A DNA stretch of 55,532 nt, taken from positions 3,547,800 to 3,603,331 of the forward strand of contig NC_057754.1 of assembly GCF_004010195.1 (NCBI RefSeq), in the 5' to 3' direction. The position numbers and the translations under genes were made by a program. Below the pieces are notes generated by a model. It worked only from the letters and a program-made list of their open reading frames with translations, was not told the origin of the DNA and did no database searches. Source of the stretch: Chiloscyllium plagiosum (Eukaryota). Below are positions 12,995-24,375 of this stretch, piece by piece (position 1 is the first letter of the stretch; each line of letters starts with the position of its first letter).

Positions 12995-13309
12995 GTACCA
13001 AAGCCAGCTCAGCCCTGGCCTCTGGCTGTTCCCAGACCCTGGGTGGGTGACTCCAGGCTCAGCAGAGAATCCTGCCTCTTCCCCCAGGTGTCCGATTATA
13101 ACAGCATTTCTGGCTTTTGAGAAAGGTTGCAGATGGGAGGATTCTGATTTATATGCAAGAGAAAATCAACAGGACACCTCCTCAGCCAATCAACATCTAA
13201 CATATGCATTCCATTACCTTTGGTATTTCTATCACAAGTTAGTAACCCCTATCTCTCACCTAATCCTCTCAATCTTCCCTTTCCATAAACAGCAAGCCTT
13301 GCTGTCCAT

Positions 13310-14982
13310 GGCATTGATCTCTAACTGACCCTCAGTGCCATTAATCTCTAAATGACCCTCAGCGCCATTAATCTCGAACTGACCCTCAGCCCCATTAATG
13401 TCTAATTAACCCTCAGCTCCGTTCATCTCTAACTGACCCTTAGCACCATTAATCTCTAACTGACCCTCAGCACCATTAATCTCTAACTGACCATCAGTGC
13501 CATTAATCTCTAACTGACCCTCAGCACATTAATCTCTAACTGACCCTCAGCACCATTAATGTCTAATTGACCCTCAGCGCCATTAATCTCTAATTTACCC
13601 TCAGTGCCATTAATCTCTAGCTCACCCTCAGTGCCATTAATCTCTGACCCTCAGCGCCATTGATCTCTAAATGACCCTCAGTGCCATTAATCTCTAACTG
13701 ACCCTCAGTGCCATTGATCTCGAACGGACCCTCAGTGCCATTAATCTCTAACTGACCCTCAGTGCCATTAATCTCTAGCTCACCCTCAGACCCATTAATC
13801 TCTAACTGACCATCAGTGCCATTAATCTCTAACTGACCCTCAGCACATTAATCTCTAACTGACCCTCAGCACCATTAATCTCTAATTGACCCTCAGTGCC
13901 ATTAATCTCTGACCCTCAGCGCCATTGATCTCTAACTGACCCTCAGCGCCATTGATCTCTAACTGACCCTCAGTGCCATTAATCTCTAACTCACCCTCAG
14001 TGCCATTGATCTCTAACTGACCCTCAGTGCCATTAATCTCTAACTGACCCTCAGCGCCATTAATCTCTAAGTGACCCTCAGCTCCATTAATCTCTAAGTG
14101 ATCCTCAGTGCCATTAATCTCTAACTGACCCTCAGTGCCAATAATCTCTAACTGACCCTCAGTGCCATTAATCTCTAACTGACCCTCAGTGCCAATAATC
14201 TCTAACTGACCCTCAGCTCCATTAATCTCTAAGTGATCCTCAGTGTCATTAATCTCTAAGTGATCCTCAGTGCCATTAATCTCTAACTGACCCTCAGTGC
14301 CATTGATCTCTAAGTGATCCTCAGTGCCAATAATCTCTAACTGACCCTCAGTGCCAATAATCTCTAACTGACCCTCAGTGCCATTAATCTCTAAGTGATC
14401 CTCAGTTCCATTAATCTCTAGCTCACCCTCAGCGCCATTAATCTCTAACTGACCCTCAGCGCCATTAATCTCTAACTGACCCTCAGCGCCATTAATCTGT
14501 AGCTCACCCTCAGTGCCATTAATCTCTAATTGACCCTCAGCCCCATTAATCTTTAACTGACCCTCAGCGCCATTAATCTCTAACTGACCCTCAGTGCCAT
14601 TAATCTCTAACTGACCCTCAGCGCCATTAATCTCTAACTGACCCTCAGCCCCATTAATCTCTAACTGACCCTCACCGCCATTAATCTCTAACTGACCCTC
14701 AGCGCCATTAATCTCTAGCTCACCCTCAGTGCCATTAATGTCTAACTGACCCTCAGCGCCATTAATCTCTAACTGACCCTCAGCGCCATTAATCTCTAAC
14801 TGACCCTCAGTGCCATTAATCTCTAACTCTGACCCTCAGTGCCATTAATCTCTAACTGACCCTCAGCCCCATTAATCTCTAACTCTGACCCTCAGTGCCA
14901 TTAATCTCTAACTGACCCACAGCCCCATTAATCTCTAACTGACCCTCAGTGCCATTAATCTCTAATTGACCCTCAGTGCCAT
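13310..14982 (+). repeat. 27-bp minisatellite, ~60 copies
   Basis: Unit CTAACTGACCCTCAGTGCCATTAATCT. Confidence 0.97.
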
Positions 14983-15014
14983 TTGTTTCCAATTGAGTTT
15001 TGTTGTGTTTGTAG

Positions 15015-15257
15015 GATCTGGCTGAGGCCCAGGAGCAGCTGTGTGTTCGGAGCCGGGAGTTGCGCGAGGCTCAGGTCAAGCGCCAGCGTGCGGAGGAGGA
15101 GGTGCAGCAAGGCGAGGAGCGTTACTCCCAGCTCCGCCTGCAGAAGCAGAAGTTGTCCCGGGACCTGCGCGACCGGGAGGAGGAGATGGAGGTGGTAATG
15201 GAGAAGGTGGAGAGTTTGCGGCAACAGCTGAGCAGGGCAGACCGGTGCAGGCTGGAG
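15015..15257 (+). CDS. CDC42BPG: CDC42BPG-like coiled-coil exon (KELK-region)
   Basis: TAG/GTGAGT, 243 nt, phase 0-0. DLAEAQEQL...LRLQKQKLSRDLRDREEEMEVVMEKVESLRQQL. Confidence 0.93.
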
Positions 15258-15714
15258 GTGAGTGGGTGGCCAGGGCGCGATGGGACTGGGATCAAAGCAG
15301 GTGCAGCGTCAGGAGTGGAGGCCAATCAGCATTCCAGAGGCCCTCTTGTGTCTCCCCATTTGGAAGGACAGGGGCAGCAGATACATGGGAACACTTCAAT
15401 TCCCTCTCTGAGCCACTCACCACCCTGACCTGGCAATCTATCGCCATTCCTTCACTGTCGCTGGGTCAAACATCTGGAATTGCCTCCCTCAGGGCATTGT
15501 GGGTCAACCTACAGCAGGTGGACTGCAGCGGTTCAGGAAGGCAGCTCACCCCCACCTCAAACCAGGGATATTGTTAAAAATTATGGTTAAAGACAACTGA
15601 GAATTTATTTTCTTTGAGAGTCTTTTGAACTCTCTTCCTCAAAAGTAGAGGGGCAGCAGAGTCTCTGAATATAAAATGCAGACATGGATGGATTCTTGAC
15701 AAGTGAGAAACAGC

Positions 15715-15915
15715 AAGAGTTGTTGTCTCTGGTTTGTTACCCGTGCCACGTGATAGAGATTCGAGGAATAGGGAGAGAGAACACTTAAATGCGTGGCTTC
15801 AGGGATGGTGCAGGAGGGAGGGGTTCCAGTTTCTGGATAACTGGGGTTCTTTCTGGGGACGGTGGGACCTCTATAAACAGGATGGCCTACACCGGAACGT
15901 GAGGGAAACCAGTAT
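15715..15915 (+). mobile_element. CR1 ORF1 esterase (SGNH-like) fragment
   Basis: LLPVPR..LNAWLQGWCRREGFQFLDNWGSFWGRWDLYKQDGLH. Confidence 0.8.
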
Positions 15916-16599
15916 CAGGAGCCATCAGATGACTTACGCTCTTACTGAATGGTGGAGCAGGCTAGAGAGGACCGCTCCTGTCCTCTGACCGTTGACAGTC
16001 AGCTGATGGGCAATGGAAGGCTGCACTACGTTTGATGCTGGCTTTCGAATTGACCGAAAGCCGTCCGTAGGGCTCCGTGTGAATGGGGCGCTGCTTTATA
16101 TGTGCTCCGATATTAAACTGAGGACCTTGTCAGTGGATAGAAAGTTCCCAGGATGATAATCGCAGTGAGGAGCAAGGGCAGAGGGAGACTCCGCAAAATC
16201 CCAGGGGGCCGATGGCTATCCTTTGTTCGATGTCACAAAAGGATCTTGATCCTTTCTGTGCCGCCTGGTGTGGGAGCTGGTCACGCGAGCTCGCAGTAAA
16301 CAATCCAAGGGAGAGAGCACAGGTCAAAGTTCCGCCCTGTGTCTGGGAAGTAACAGCCCTACACATGGACTTGGTCAGGTGCAGGCTTCTTGCCTGACAG
16401 TAGCGACTACACGTTAAAAAGAAAATAGACGCTTGGTTGGTTGCGAAAATGTTGCGAGATTCCAGCGGCCTCCGATTTTAAACGGATCAGCAAACGAAGC
16501 CAAGGTGATGTGCATGTGTCGCACAGCAAGTTGTTCCAGTCTGGAATGACTGCCCGGAAATGTGGGGAGGCAGGTTCAGTTGAGACTTTGGACGGGTTA

Positions 16600-17325
16600 C
16601 TTAGAGTCATGCAGAAAGGCAACAGGCCCTTCAGTCCAACGTTTCCATGCTGACCAGCTATCTTCAATTCATCTCGTCCCATTTGCCAACATTTAGCCCC
16701 ATATCCCTCCAAACCCTTCCTATTCAGAGAGTCATAGAGATGTACAGCACGGAAACAGACCCTTCAGCCCAACCCGTCCATGCCGACCAGATATCCCATC
16801 CCAACCCAACCTAGTCCAACCTGCCAGCACCCAGCCCATATCCCTCCAAACCCTTCCTATTCATATACCCATCCAAATGCCTCTTAAATGTTGTAATTGT
16901 ACCAGCCTCCACCACATCCTCTGGCAGCTCATTCCATACACGTACCACCCTCTGCGTGAAACAGTTGCCCCTTAGGTCTCTTTTATATCTTGTCCCTTTC
17001 ACCCTAAACCTATACCCTCTAGTTCTGGACTACCCCACCCCAACGAAAAGACCCTATTTACCCTATCCATGCCCCTCATAATTTTGTAAACCTTGATAAG
17101 GTCACCCCTCAGCCTCCGACGCTCCAGGGAAAACAGCCTCAGCCTGTTCAGCCTCTCCCTGTAACTCAAATCCTCCAACCCTGGCAACATCCTTGTAAAT
17201 CTTTTCTGAACCCTTTCAAGTTTCACAACATCTTTCCGATAGTGTTCCCATCCAGATGCCTTTTAAATGTTGTTATTGTACCAGCCTCCATCACTTGCTC
17301 TGGTAGCCTGTTCCATACACACAGT
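16600..17325 (-). mobile_element. CR1/HER1-like 3' end nested inside another CR1 3' end
   Basis: KLERVQKRFTRMLPGLEDLSYRERL; inner copy ~16728-17240 interrupts an outer copy. Confidence 0.8.
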
Positions 17326-17444
17326 GTGCAGGGATGTGGGTGATAACACAAGAGATTGGTAGATGATGGAGCCAAACTGGATAATGGCTCCAATGCAGGC
17401 ATGATGGGCTGAGCAGCCTCGTGGCGCACCATATCAATTCATAC

Positions 17445-17853
17445 CATCCCTACAGTGTGGAAGCAGACCATTCATCCCATTAGGTCCACACCGACCGTCT
17501 GAAGACCATCCCACCCAGACTCGCTCCCTTTATCCTGTAGTCATGCATATCCCACAGTTAACCCACCAAGCCTGCACATCCCTGGATGGTACGGGACAAT
17601 TTCCCATGGCCAATCCACCCTAACCTGCACATCCCTGGGCACTATGGGGCAATTTAGCACGGCCAATCCACCCTAACCTGCACATCCCTGGACACCAAGG
17701 GACAATTTAGCATGGCTAATCCACCGTGGGAGGAAACCAGAGCAAATCCACAGGGAGAACGCGCAAACCCCACACAGACAGTCGCCCGAGGGTGGAATTG
17801 AACCCGAGTTCCTGGCGCCGGGAGGCAGCCGTGCTAACTTCTGAGCTACCGTG
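17445..17853 (-). mobile_element. HE1-like SINE with ~3 internal repeats
   Basis: SINE head at ~17790-17853; 53-bp units at 17570-17725. Confidence 0.8.
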
Positions 17854-17952
17854 TGACTCCAGGGAGCGGGGAGGACGCTGGGGAATAGGTCGGCAGCTGG
17901 GCGAAGGGTGGGTTTGCCGGCCGTGTCTGACTTGTATCCCCTCTGTCTGCAG

Positions 17953-18063
17953 CTGGAGGTGAAGCTGGAGGAGCAGGCGCTGGAGGTGGCCGAGCAGAGC
18001 CAACTGCGGGAGCGCAGCGAGCAGAAGAGGAGGCAACTGGAGGAGGAGTTGGAGAGGCTGAAG
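17953..18063 (+). CDS. CDC42BPG: CDC42BPG-like coiled-coil exon
   Basis: CAG/GTAAA, 111 nt, phase 0-0. LEVKLEEQALEVAEQSQLRERSEQKRRQLEEELERLK. Confidence 0.92.
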
Positions 18064-18270
18064 GTAAACCTGCAGGGCGGCCTATCGCCCATCTATCGCC
18101 TCCCCCCTTCTGTACAGCGATTCCTGACTACCACAGAGCGGGCAGCAATGCGGCATACAGTCGCAGACCCACCCTCACCCCCACCCCATGCCCATCGCCC
18201 CGTCCTCTCCGGGAGCAGACTAACCGAGCTCTCCCCCCTCACCCCACTCCTCTCTCCCTCTTCCCTGCAG

Positions 18271-18506
18271 CTGGCACAGACCGGAGCTGACCCCAGCAGC
18301 CGAGGCCCTGACCCCAGCCGGGAGTTGGCAGAGGTGGAAGGGAGGGCGCTGGCCCGTGAGGAGGAGCTGGCGCGGCAGCACAGCGCCCAGGCGGCGGAGC
18401 TGAAGGTGGCGCGGGAGCAGCTGGAGGAATCGGACAGCCGGCAGCAGCGGCTGGAGAGGGAGCTGGTGGCCAGCAGAGAGCGCCTGGAGAAAGCACGCAG
18501 CGAGCG
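18271..18506 (+). CDS. CDC42BPG: CDC42BPG-like coiled-coil exon
   Basis: Strong pyrimidine tract plus CAG, GTGAG donor, 236 nt, phase 0-2. LAQTGADPSS...REEELARQHSAQAAELK...RERLEKARSE. Confidence 0.92.
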
Positions 18507-18539
18507 GTGAGGCCAGCACACAGCTGCTGCTGGGCAGAG

Positions 18540-19330
18540 CTGGTGCCTGCTGGGATTCTGAAAGGGGGGGCGTGTGTCTGCTGGGATTCGGAAAGGAGGA
18601 ATGTGTGCCTGCTGGGATTCTGAAAGGGGGAGCATGTGCCTGCTGGGATTCTGAAAGAGGAATGAGTGTCTGCTGGGATTTGGAAAGGGAAATGTGTGCC
18701 TACTGGGATTCCGGAAAGTGGGAACATGTATCTGCAGGGATTCCAGAAAGGGGAACAAGTGCCTGCTGGGGTTCTGGAAGGGGGAATGAGTGCCTGCTGG
18801 GGTTCTGGAAGGGGGAATGTGTGCCTGCTGGGTTTCGGATGGTGTTGTTTGCAGGGGGAGTGGGGGAGAGGGGTGTGTACATGCTGGATTTTGAGGGATT
18901 GTGGTTAGTGCCTGCTGAGTTTCAGGTTGCGGGGGTGCAGACTCGCTGAATTTTAAGTGGCTGGTGGGCATGTGCCTGCTGGAGTTTGGGAATGGGATTT
19001 GTGTTCTTGCTGGACATTGGGTTTGGGGGGGTGTCAAGAGTCCATTGGGATTTGGGAATGGTGGGAGCAAGAGCCCATTGGGAGTTGGGAATGGTGGGAG
19101 TAAGCACCCATTGGGTTGGCGAAGGGGCCTTGTGCCTACTGGGTCTTTGTGGGGCATGAAGGTGTTGAACCCATTGAATTCGGGATTGTGTGGTGGATGT
19201 TGGGGTCCTGTCATGTTGTGGGGATTTGGTTGGTATGTATTGGTGAAGTGTAGGGGGGAAGAGGAGAGAGAGTCATGTCTGCTGGATTTTGGGGATCCAC
19301 CTTGTGGGTACGGGGGAGGCTGAGGGTCAT
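18540..19330 (+). repeat. Degenerate ~31-bp G-rich minisatellite
   Basis: GTGCCTGCTGGGATTCTGAAAGGGGG-like units, decaying rightwards. Confidence 0.8.
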
Positions 19331-19436
19331 GCCTGCGGGTTTTCGCGTCGGTGGACATGGTGATCGGAGTTCCAGGCCGGGGCTGGGAAAGCACGTCCCC
19401 TCAGTAACATTTGTGCATGGCCTGGACCTCCCATAG

Positions 19437-19542
19437 GCAGTCGGAACAGGAGGAACTTGTGATGGAACTGCGGGCGGCCCACGAGCAGGAGAAGAACCAG
19501 CTGAGGGAAGAGAACCTGAGGCTGAATGTGGAGCTGGAGCCG
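19437..19542 (+). CDS. CDC42BPG: CDC42BPG-like coiled-coil exon
   Basis: TAG/GTGAGT, 106 nt, phase 2-0. QSEQEELVMELRAAHEQEKNQLREENLRLNVELEP. Confidence 0.9.
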
Positions 19543-19979
19543 GTGAGTGTCAGGGCCTGGACAGCGGGTAAGGCCTGGTGCGGCCTATATATCCTCTCAC
19601 ACCTTTACGGAGCAAGGCAATCGCCTCACACATCTGTCGGAGCCGGGACTGAAGAGCACAGTCCATAAAGCAAGCAGGGTTTGGATTTTCAGAGATTTTT
19701 GAGAAGGTTGGAGCTTTATTGAAGCCTCACAGAGGGTCTGAGAGTCAGGGAGAGGGCTTTAATGTTTGGACAGTAGGGACACAGATGGAGTTTCCTCCAG
19801 CAATCAGTGTTGAGCTAATGATTGTATGAAGTATTTCCTTTTGAAGGACAGCCCAGCAAATAGACAATGCTGTAATGGTAATGTCTCTGGACCAGAAATT
19901 CAGACTAATACGCTGGGGACACAGGTTCAAATCCCACTGCAGCTCAAAGGGTCTGAGTCTGTTGAATTAGTTCCGGAGG

Positions 19980-20390
19980 CTCGATAAACTCAAGTTGTTT
20001 TCTCTGGAGTGGCTGAGGGGAGACTATATACAAGTCTGTCAAATTATGAGATAGGGTTAGCAGTCAGACACTTTCTCTCCCAGAGTTGAAATATCTACAG
20101 CTAGAGGGGACGCATTTGAGGTGAGAGGGGGAAAGTTCAAAGGAGATGTGAGGGGCAAGTTGTTTCTCAACAGAGAGTGATAGGAATCCGGAATGCTCTG
20201 CCAGGGTGAGTGTCACGGTAGGTATGATAGGAGGGCGTTAAAGGGGCTTTCGGATAAGCACATGGATATGCAAGGGATGGAGGGACGTGGACCAAGGGCA
20301 GGCAGAAGGGATTAGTTTAATGTGGCATCATGTTCGGCACAACATTACAGGCCAAAGGGCCCGTTCCTGTGCTGTACTGTTCGGTGTTAT
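19980..20390 (+). mobile_element. CR1-like LINE 3' fragment
   Basis: Same subfamily as 25735-26520 (GTGAGAGGGGGAAAG..GGATTAGT). Confidence 0.75.
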
Positions 20391-20507
20391 AATATATATT
20401 TTTTAAAATTGTCAGCTTCTGTCTTAAGAGATCGGGGTTAAAACACTGTGGTAACTGATGTGTGCCCTAGTCCACTCAATAACTGACCTCTGACCCCACT
20501 CTGCAAG

Positions 20508-20632
20508 CTCATGGAGAAGCTGGACAAGCTACAGGCCAGAAACAAGCGGCTGGAGGAGGAGCTCCAGGCACTGGAAGGCAGGAAGGAGACCGTGAAGCAG
20601 TGGGACACCCAGATCGCCGAGATTATTCAATG
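20508..20632 (+). CDS. CDC42BPG: CDC42BPG-like exon
   Basis: AAG acceptor, GTAAG donor, 125 nt, phase 0-2. LMEKLDKLQARNKRLEEELQALEGRKETVKQWDTQIAEIIQW, the MRCK WEAQI.EIIQW motif. Confidence 0.9.
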
Positions 20633-20775
20633 GTAAGGGGATGGGGAGGAGCAGCAAGATGGGGAAGCTGGCGTGGACTTCAGCAACCCAGCCCACTCCG
20701 TTGCGTTTGTGTGTATCCAGGCCTTGGGTCCCCCACCGGCAATACTGAGCTGATGCAATGTCTCCCTCCTGACAG

Positions 20776-20881
20776 GGTGAGCGAAGAGAAGGAAGCTCGG
20801 GGTTACTTGCAGTCGCTGGCCACCAAGATGGCGGAGGAACTGGACTCGCTGAAGAGCATCAGCAGTAACGCCAAGCCTGTG
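20776..20881 (+). CDS. CDC42BPG: CDC42BPG-like exon
   Basis: CAG/GTGAG, 106 nt, phase 2-0. VSEEKEARGYLQSLATKMAEELDSLK; ATKMAEEL is gamma-like. Confidence 0.93.
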
Positions 20882-21026
20882 GTGAGGCCTGAGACTGCTC
20901 TGGGAGGGGAGGGTGAGGGAGGTCTACTGCTGTAAACATGACGAGTAAGTGAGGACTGCAGATCAGAGTCGAAATGTGTGGAGCTGGAAAAGTACAGCTG
21001 GTCGGGCAGCATCCAAGGAGCAGGAG

Positions 21027-21062
21027 AATCGATGTTTCGGGCAAAAGCTCTTCCTCAGGAAT
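21027..21062 (-). ncRNA. Minimal hammerhead ribozyme motif (degenerate)
   Basis: Reverse complement ATTC CTGAGGA A GAGC TTTT GCCC GAAAC ATC GATT; one stem II mismatch and GUC changed to AUC. Confidence 0.55.
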
Positions 21063-21065
21063 GTC

Positions 21066-21101
21066 ATTCTTGATGAAGGGCTTATGCCCGAAACGTCAAT
21101 T
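21066..21101 (+). ncRNA. Minimal hammerhead ribozyme motif (core C changed to T)
   Basis: ATTC TTGATGA A GGGC TTAT GCCC GAAAC GTC AATT. Confidence 0.6.
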
Positions 21102-21254
21102 GTCCTGCTCCTGGGATGCTGCCCGACCGGCTGTGCTTTTCCAGCACCACACTGTTTGACTGCTGTAGAAATGAGGCAGAAACATTCCTCACACCCCTCC
21201 CTCCCTGGCTGGAGGTGGACTTGCAGATGGGGGTGGGGAGGGAGGGCAAATGGC

Positions 21255-21530
21255 GGGACTGAATGATATGGCGGGGGGACTGAGGGATATGGATGTAGGT
21301 GGGACTGAGGGATATGGAGGGAGGTGGGACTGAGGGATATGGAGGGAGGTGGGATTGAGGGAAATGGATGTAGATGGGACAGAGATATGGAGGGAGGTGG
21401 GACTGAGGGATATGGAGGGAGGTGGGANNNNNNNNNNNNNNNNNNNNNNNNNNNNNNNNNNNNNNNATATGGGGGCCGGTGGGACTAAGGATATAGAGGG
21501 GAGGTGGGACTGAGAGATATGGGAGAAATG
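21255..21530 (+). repeat. 25-bp G-rich minisatellite (contains gap)
   Basis: GGGACTGAGGGATATGGAGGGAGGT units. Confidence 0.85.
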
Positions 21531-21863
21531 GGACAAAAAGTTATGGGTAATGCAGACAGTGGGAGATGGGGAGAATATGGGTCAGTGAGATTAAGGAAGA
21601 CTGAGAGTCAGTGGGAGTGAACAATGTCAAGTGAATGTGGGTCATTGGGATTGGAGGATGTGGAGAGGATGGAATTGGAGGGATTGAGAGATAAGGGCAG
21701 GATACAAATCGGGGAGATTGAGGAAGTGAGGAGGCTGTGCACTATAATTAAGTTGGTAAGGTAAAAGGAAAGTTTTGTGGTTGGCATGAAGAATGAATTC
21801 TAAAGCTCTGGGTCACTAGCTGTCTCTCTCTCTATCTCTCGCTCCCTGTCGCTCTGGGTGAAG

Positions 21864-22012
21864 GACACACACTGGAAGGTCAGGCGCCTACAGAAACTGG
21901 AAGCCTCAGCCAAACTGGAGTTACAGTCAGCACTGGATGCTGAAATCCGGGCCAAGCAATCACTACAGGAACAGCTCAACGAAGCCAAGCTCACCAATCT
22001 GGCTACAGAATG
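21864..22012 (+). CDS. CDC42BPG: CDC42BPG-like exon, DMPK-type coiled coil
   Basis: AAG acceptor, GTAAG donor, 149 nt, phase 0-2. [46 protein letters not shown] best fits MRCK-gamma. Confidence 0.93.
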
Positions 22013-22099
22013 GTAAGCTCAGAACCAGGAAGAGGGAAGCTCACAGGACCCACTCTATACAGCAGTCTCTCATTCCAGGCAGGAGCTCCCACAGTACTT

Positions 22100-22795
22100 G
22101 CTATATCTAATTCGTGCTGTCCCTGTCCTGGGAGTGTTTGATGGGGACAGTGTAGAGGGAACTTTACTCTGTATCTAACCCCATGTTGTCCCTGTCCTGG
22201 GAGTGTTTGATGGAGGGACAGTGTAGAGGGAGCTTTACTCTGTATCTAACCCCATGCTGCCCCTGTCCTGAGAGTGTTTGTTGGGGGACAGTGTAGAGGG
22301 AGCTTTACTCTGTATCTAACCTCGTGCTGTCCCTGTGCTGGGGAGTGTTTGATGGGGGACAGTGTTGAGGAAGCTTTACTCTGTATCTAACCCTGTGGTG
22401 TCCCTGTCCTGGGAGTGTTTGATGGAGGACAGTGTAGAGAGAGCTTTACTCTGGTATCTAACCCCGTGATTATCTAACCCCGTGCTGTCCCTGTCTTGGG
22501 GAGTGTTTGATGGGGGACAGTGTAGAGGGGGCTTTACTCTGTATCTAACCCCGTGATGTCCCTGTCCTGGGGAGTGTTTGATGGGGGACAGTGTAGAGGG
22601 AGCATTGCTCTGTAACTAACCCCGTGCTGTCCCTGTCCTGGGAGTGTTTGATGGGGGACAGTGTAGAGAGAGCTTTACTCTGTATCTAACCCCGTGATGT
22701 CCCTGTCCTGGGGAGTGTTTGATGGGGGACAGTGTTTGAGGAAGCTTTACTCTGTATCTAACCTCGTGCTGTCCCTCTCCTGGGAGTGTTTGATT
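22100..22795 (+). repeat. 70-bp minisatellite family A, array 3
   Basis: About 10 copies filling most of the intron. Confidence 0.95.
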
Positions 22796-22867
22796 GGCTG
22801 GTAGAATTCTGTAAAGCTGACCTGTCTCGGTGTCTCTCTCTCTCTCTCTCTCTCCCTTTTGCTGCAG

Positions 22868-22956
22868 CAAGTTCCAGGAACTGGAGAAACAGAATGAGTC
22901 TCTGAAGCAGGAGGTTGAGAAGCTCAAGGAGGAGGCACAGGCTAAGGTGCAAAAAG
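22868..22956 (+). CDS. CDC42BPG: CDC42BPG-like exon, end of coiled coil
   Basis: (CT)n tract plus CAG, GT donor, 89 nt, phase 2-1. KFQELEKQNESLKQEVEKLKEEAQAKVQK. Confidence 0.9.
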
Positions 22957-23272
22957 GTATAAGAACCGCTTGTGTTTCTGTCAGTGTGGGCTTGGTCTGG
23001 TAGGGAAATGCCAGGTGAAGGGGAATTCCCTGCCCCAGCGTTCTCCTGTCGTCCATCAGATCCACGTCATTCACCTGCTCCTGTCTCCTATCGGTTTGAA
23101 AGGAAAAGCAACAGCAAAGTTTAATGTGAAAGGATGGTTTTTCTGGTCAAATCAAGGCATTGCAGGGAAACCTGAGAAACACATCCCTAAAATTAGCATT
23201 TGGAGAACAAACCAAGTCCCTGGGAGGCCATTCGGCCCACTGTGTTGACAAATAAGCAGCTTTCTTAATACC

Positions 23273-24375
23273 TGCCACTTCTACACCCCACCCTGTTCCC
23301 TGGCCAACACCTCTGTCTCAGGCTTGCTGTAGTGCTCCAGTGAAGCTCAGCACAAACAGGAAGAACAGCACCTCATTTTCCGCTTGGGAATGCTTCTGGA
23401 CTCAATATTGAGTTCAACAACTTTCAGGTCTGAGTCTCCCACCTTGCTATCGCATGGTCTGCTATTATACACTACCCATTGTTAGCCACTAACAGTCCTC
23501 AGTCACCCTTCTGGCCAGATCGTTACACATTCATTAGAACCCCTACAGCTTGGAAACAGGCCATTCGGCTCATCACGTCCACACTAACCCTCTGAAGAGC
23601 ATCCCACCCAGACGCAGCCCTCGACTCCCTCCAACCCAGCATTTCCCCTGGCTCATCCACTTAGCCTACACGTTGCTGGACACTATGTGCAATTTAGCAC
23701 GGCCAATCCACCCTAACCAACACATTCCTGGGCACTATGGGACAATTTAGCACGGCCAATCCACCCTAACCTGCACATCCCTGGACACTATGGGACAATT
23801 TAGCACGGCCAATCCACCCTAACCTGCACATCCCTGGGCACTATGGGACAATTTAGCACGGCCAATCCACCCTAACCTGCACATCCCTGGGCACTATGGG
23901 ACAATTTAGCACGGCCAATCCACCCTAACCTGCACATCCCTGGGCACTATGGGACAATTTAGCACGGCCAATCCACCCTAACCTGCACATCTTTGGACTG
24001 TGGGAGGAAACCACAGCACCCGGAGGAAACCCACACAGATGCGGGCAGAATGTGCAAACTCCACACAGACAGTCACCCGAGGGTTGACTCGAACTCGGGT
24101 CCCTGGCACTGGAAGGTAGCAGGGCTAACCACTGAGCCACCGTGCCACCCTTTGACTGTCCAACTGTTCTCTCTCATTTGGGCCCTATCCCCAGATAACA
24201 TTGACTCCTCTCCCACCCGACCTTCTGTATATAAACCAACATTTTCCCAGCTACAGTCAGTTCAGGCCACCGGACCTGAAGCGTTAACTCTGATTTCTCT
24301 CCACAGGTGCTGCCAGACTTGCTGAGCCTTTTCAGCCATTTCTGAGTCCCAACCAATGCAGTTCTTTCAGTTTTT
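23273..24375 (+). mobile_element. Penelope-like (Neptune-type) 3' fragment interrupted by a SINE
   Basis: CHF..CSLANTSVSGLL*CSSEAQHKQEEQHLIFRLG..GLNIEFNNF (GIY-YIG C-terminus); decayed hammerhead terminus at ~24255-24350. Confidence 0.7.
23535..24148 (-). mobile_element. HE1-like SINE with ~6 internal 53-bp repeats
   Basis: Head at 24085-24148; units at 23680-23995. Confidence 0.87.

Larger units (their letters stand above)
20948..21162. mobile_element. Palindromic PLE-terminus element carrying two head-to-head hammerhead motifs
   Basis: Arms of ~95 bp centred on GAATG-T-CATTC (21059-21069). Confidence 0.75.

Noticed and set aside
13310..14982. CRISPR-like array (also considered for the 53-bp and 70-bp arrays)
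   Set aside because: Units are contiguous with no unique spacers, no cas genes are present, and the context is a vertebrate intron.
18093..19394. 433-aa minus-strand ORF
   Set aside because: It is the antisense of a GC-rich exon plus a ~31-bp minisatellite, giving repetitive FQNPSRH peptides with no domain.
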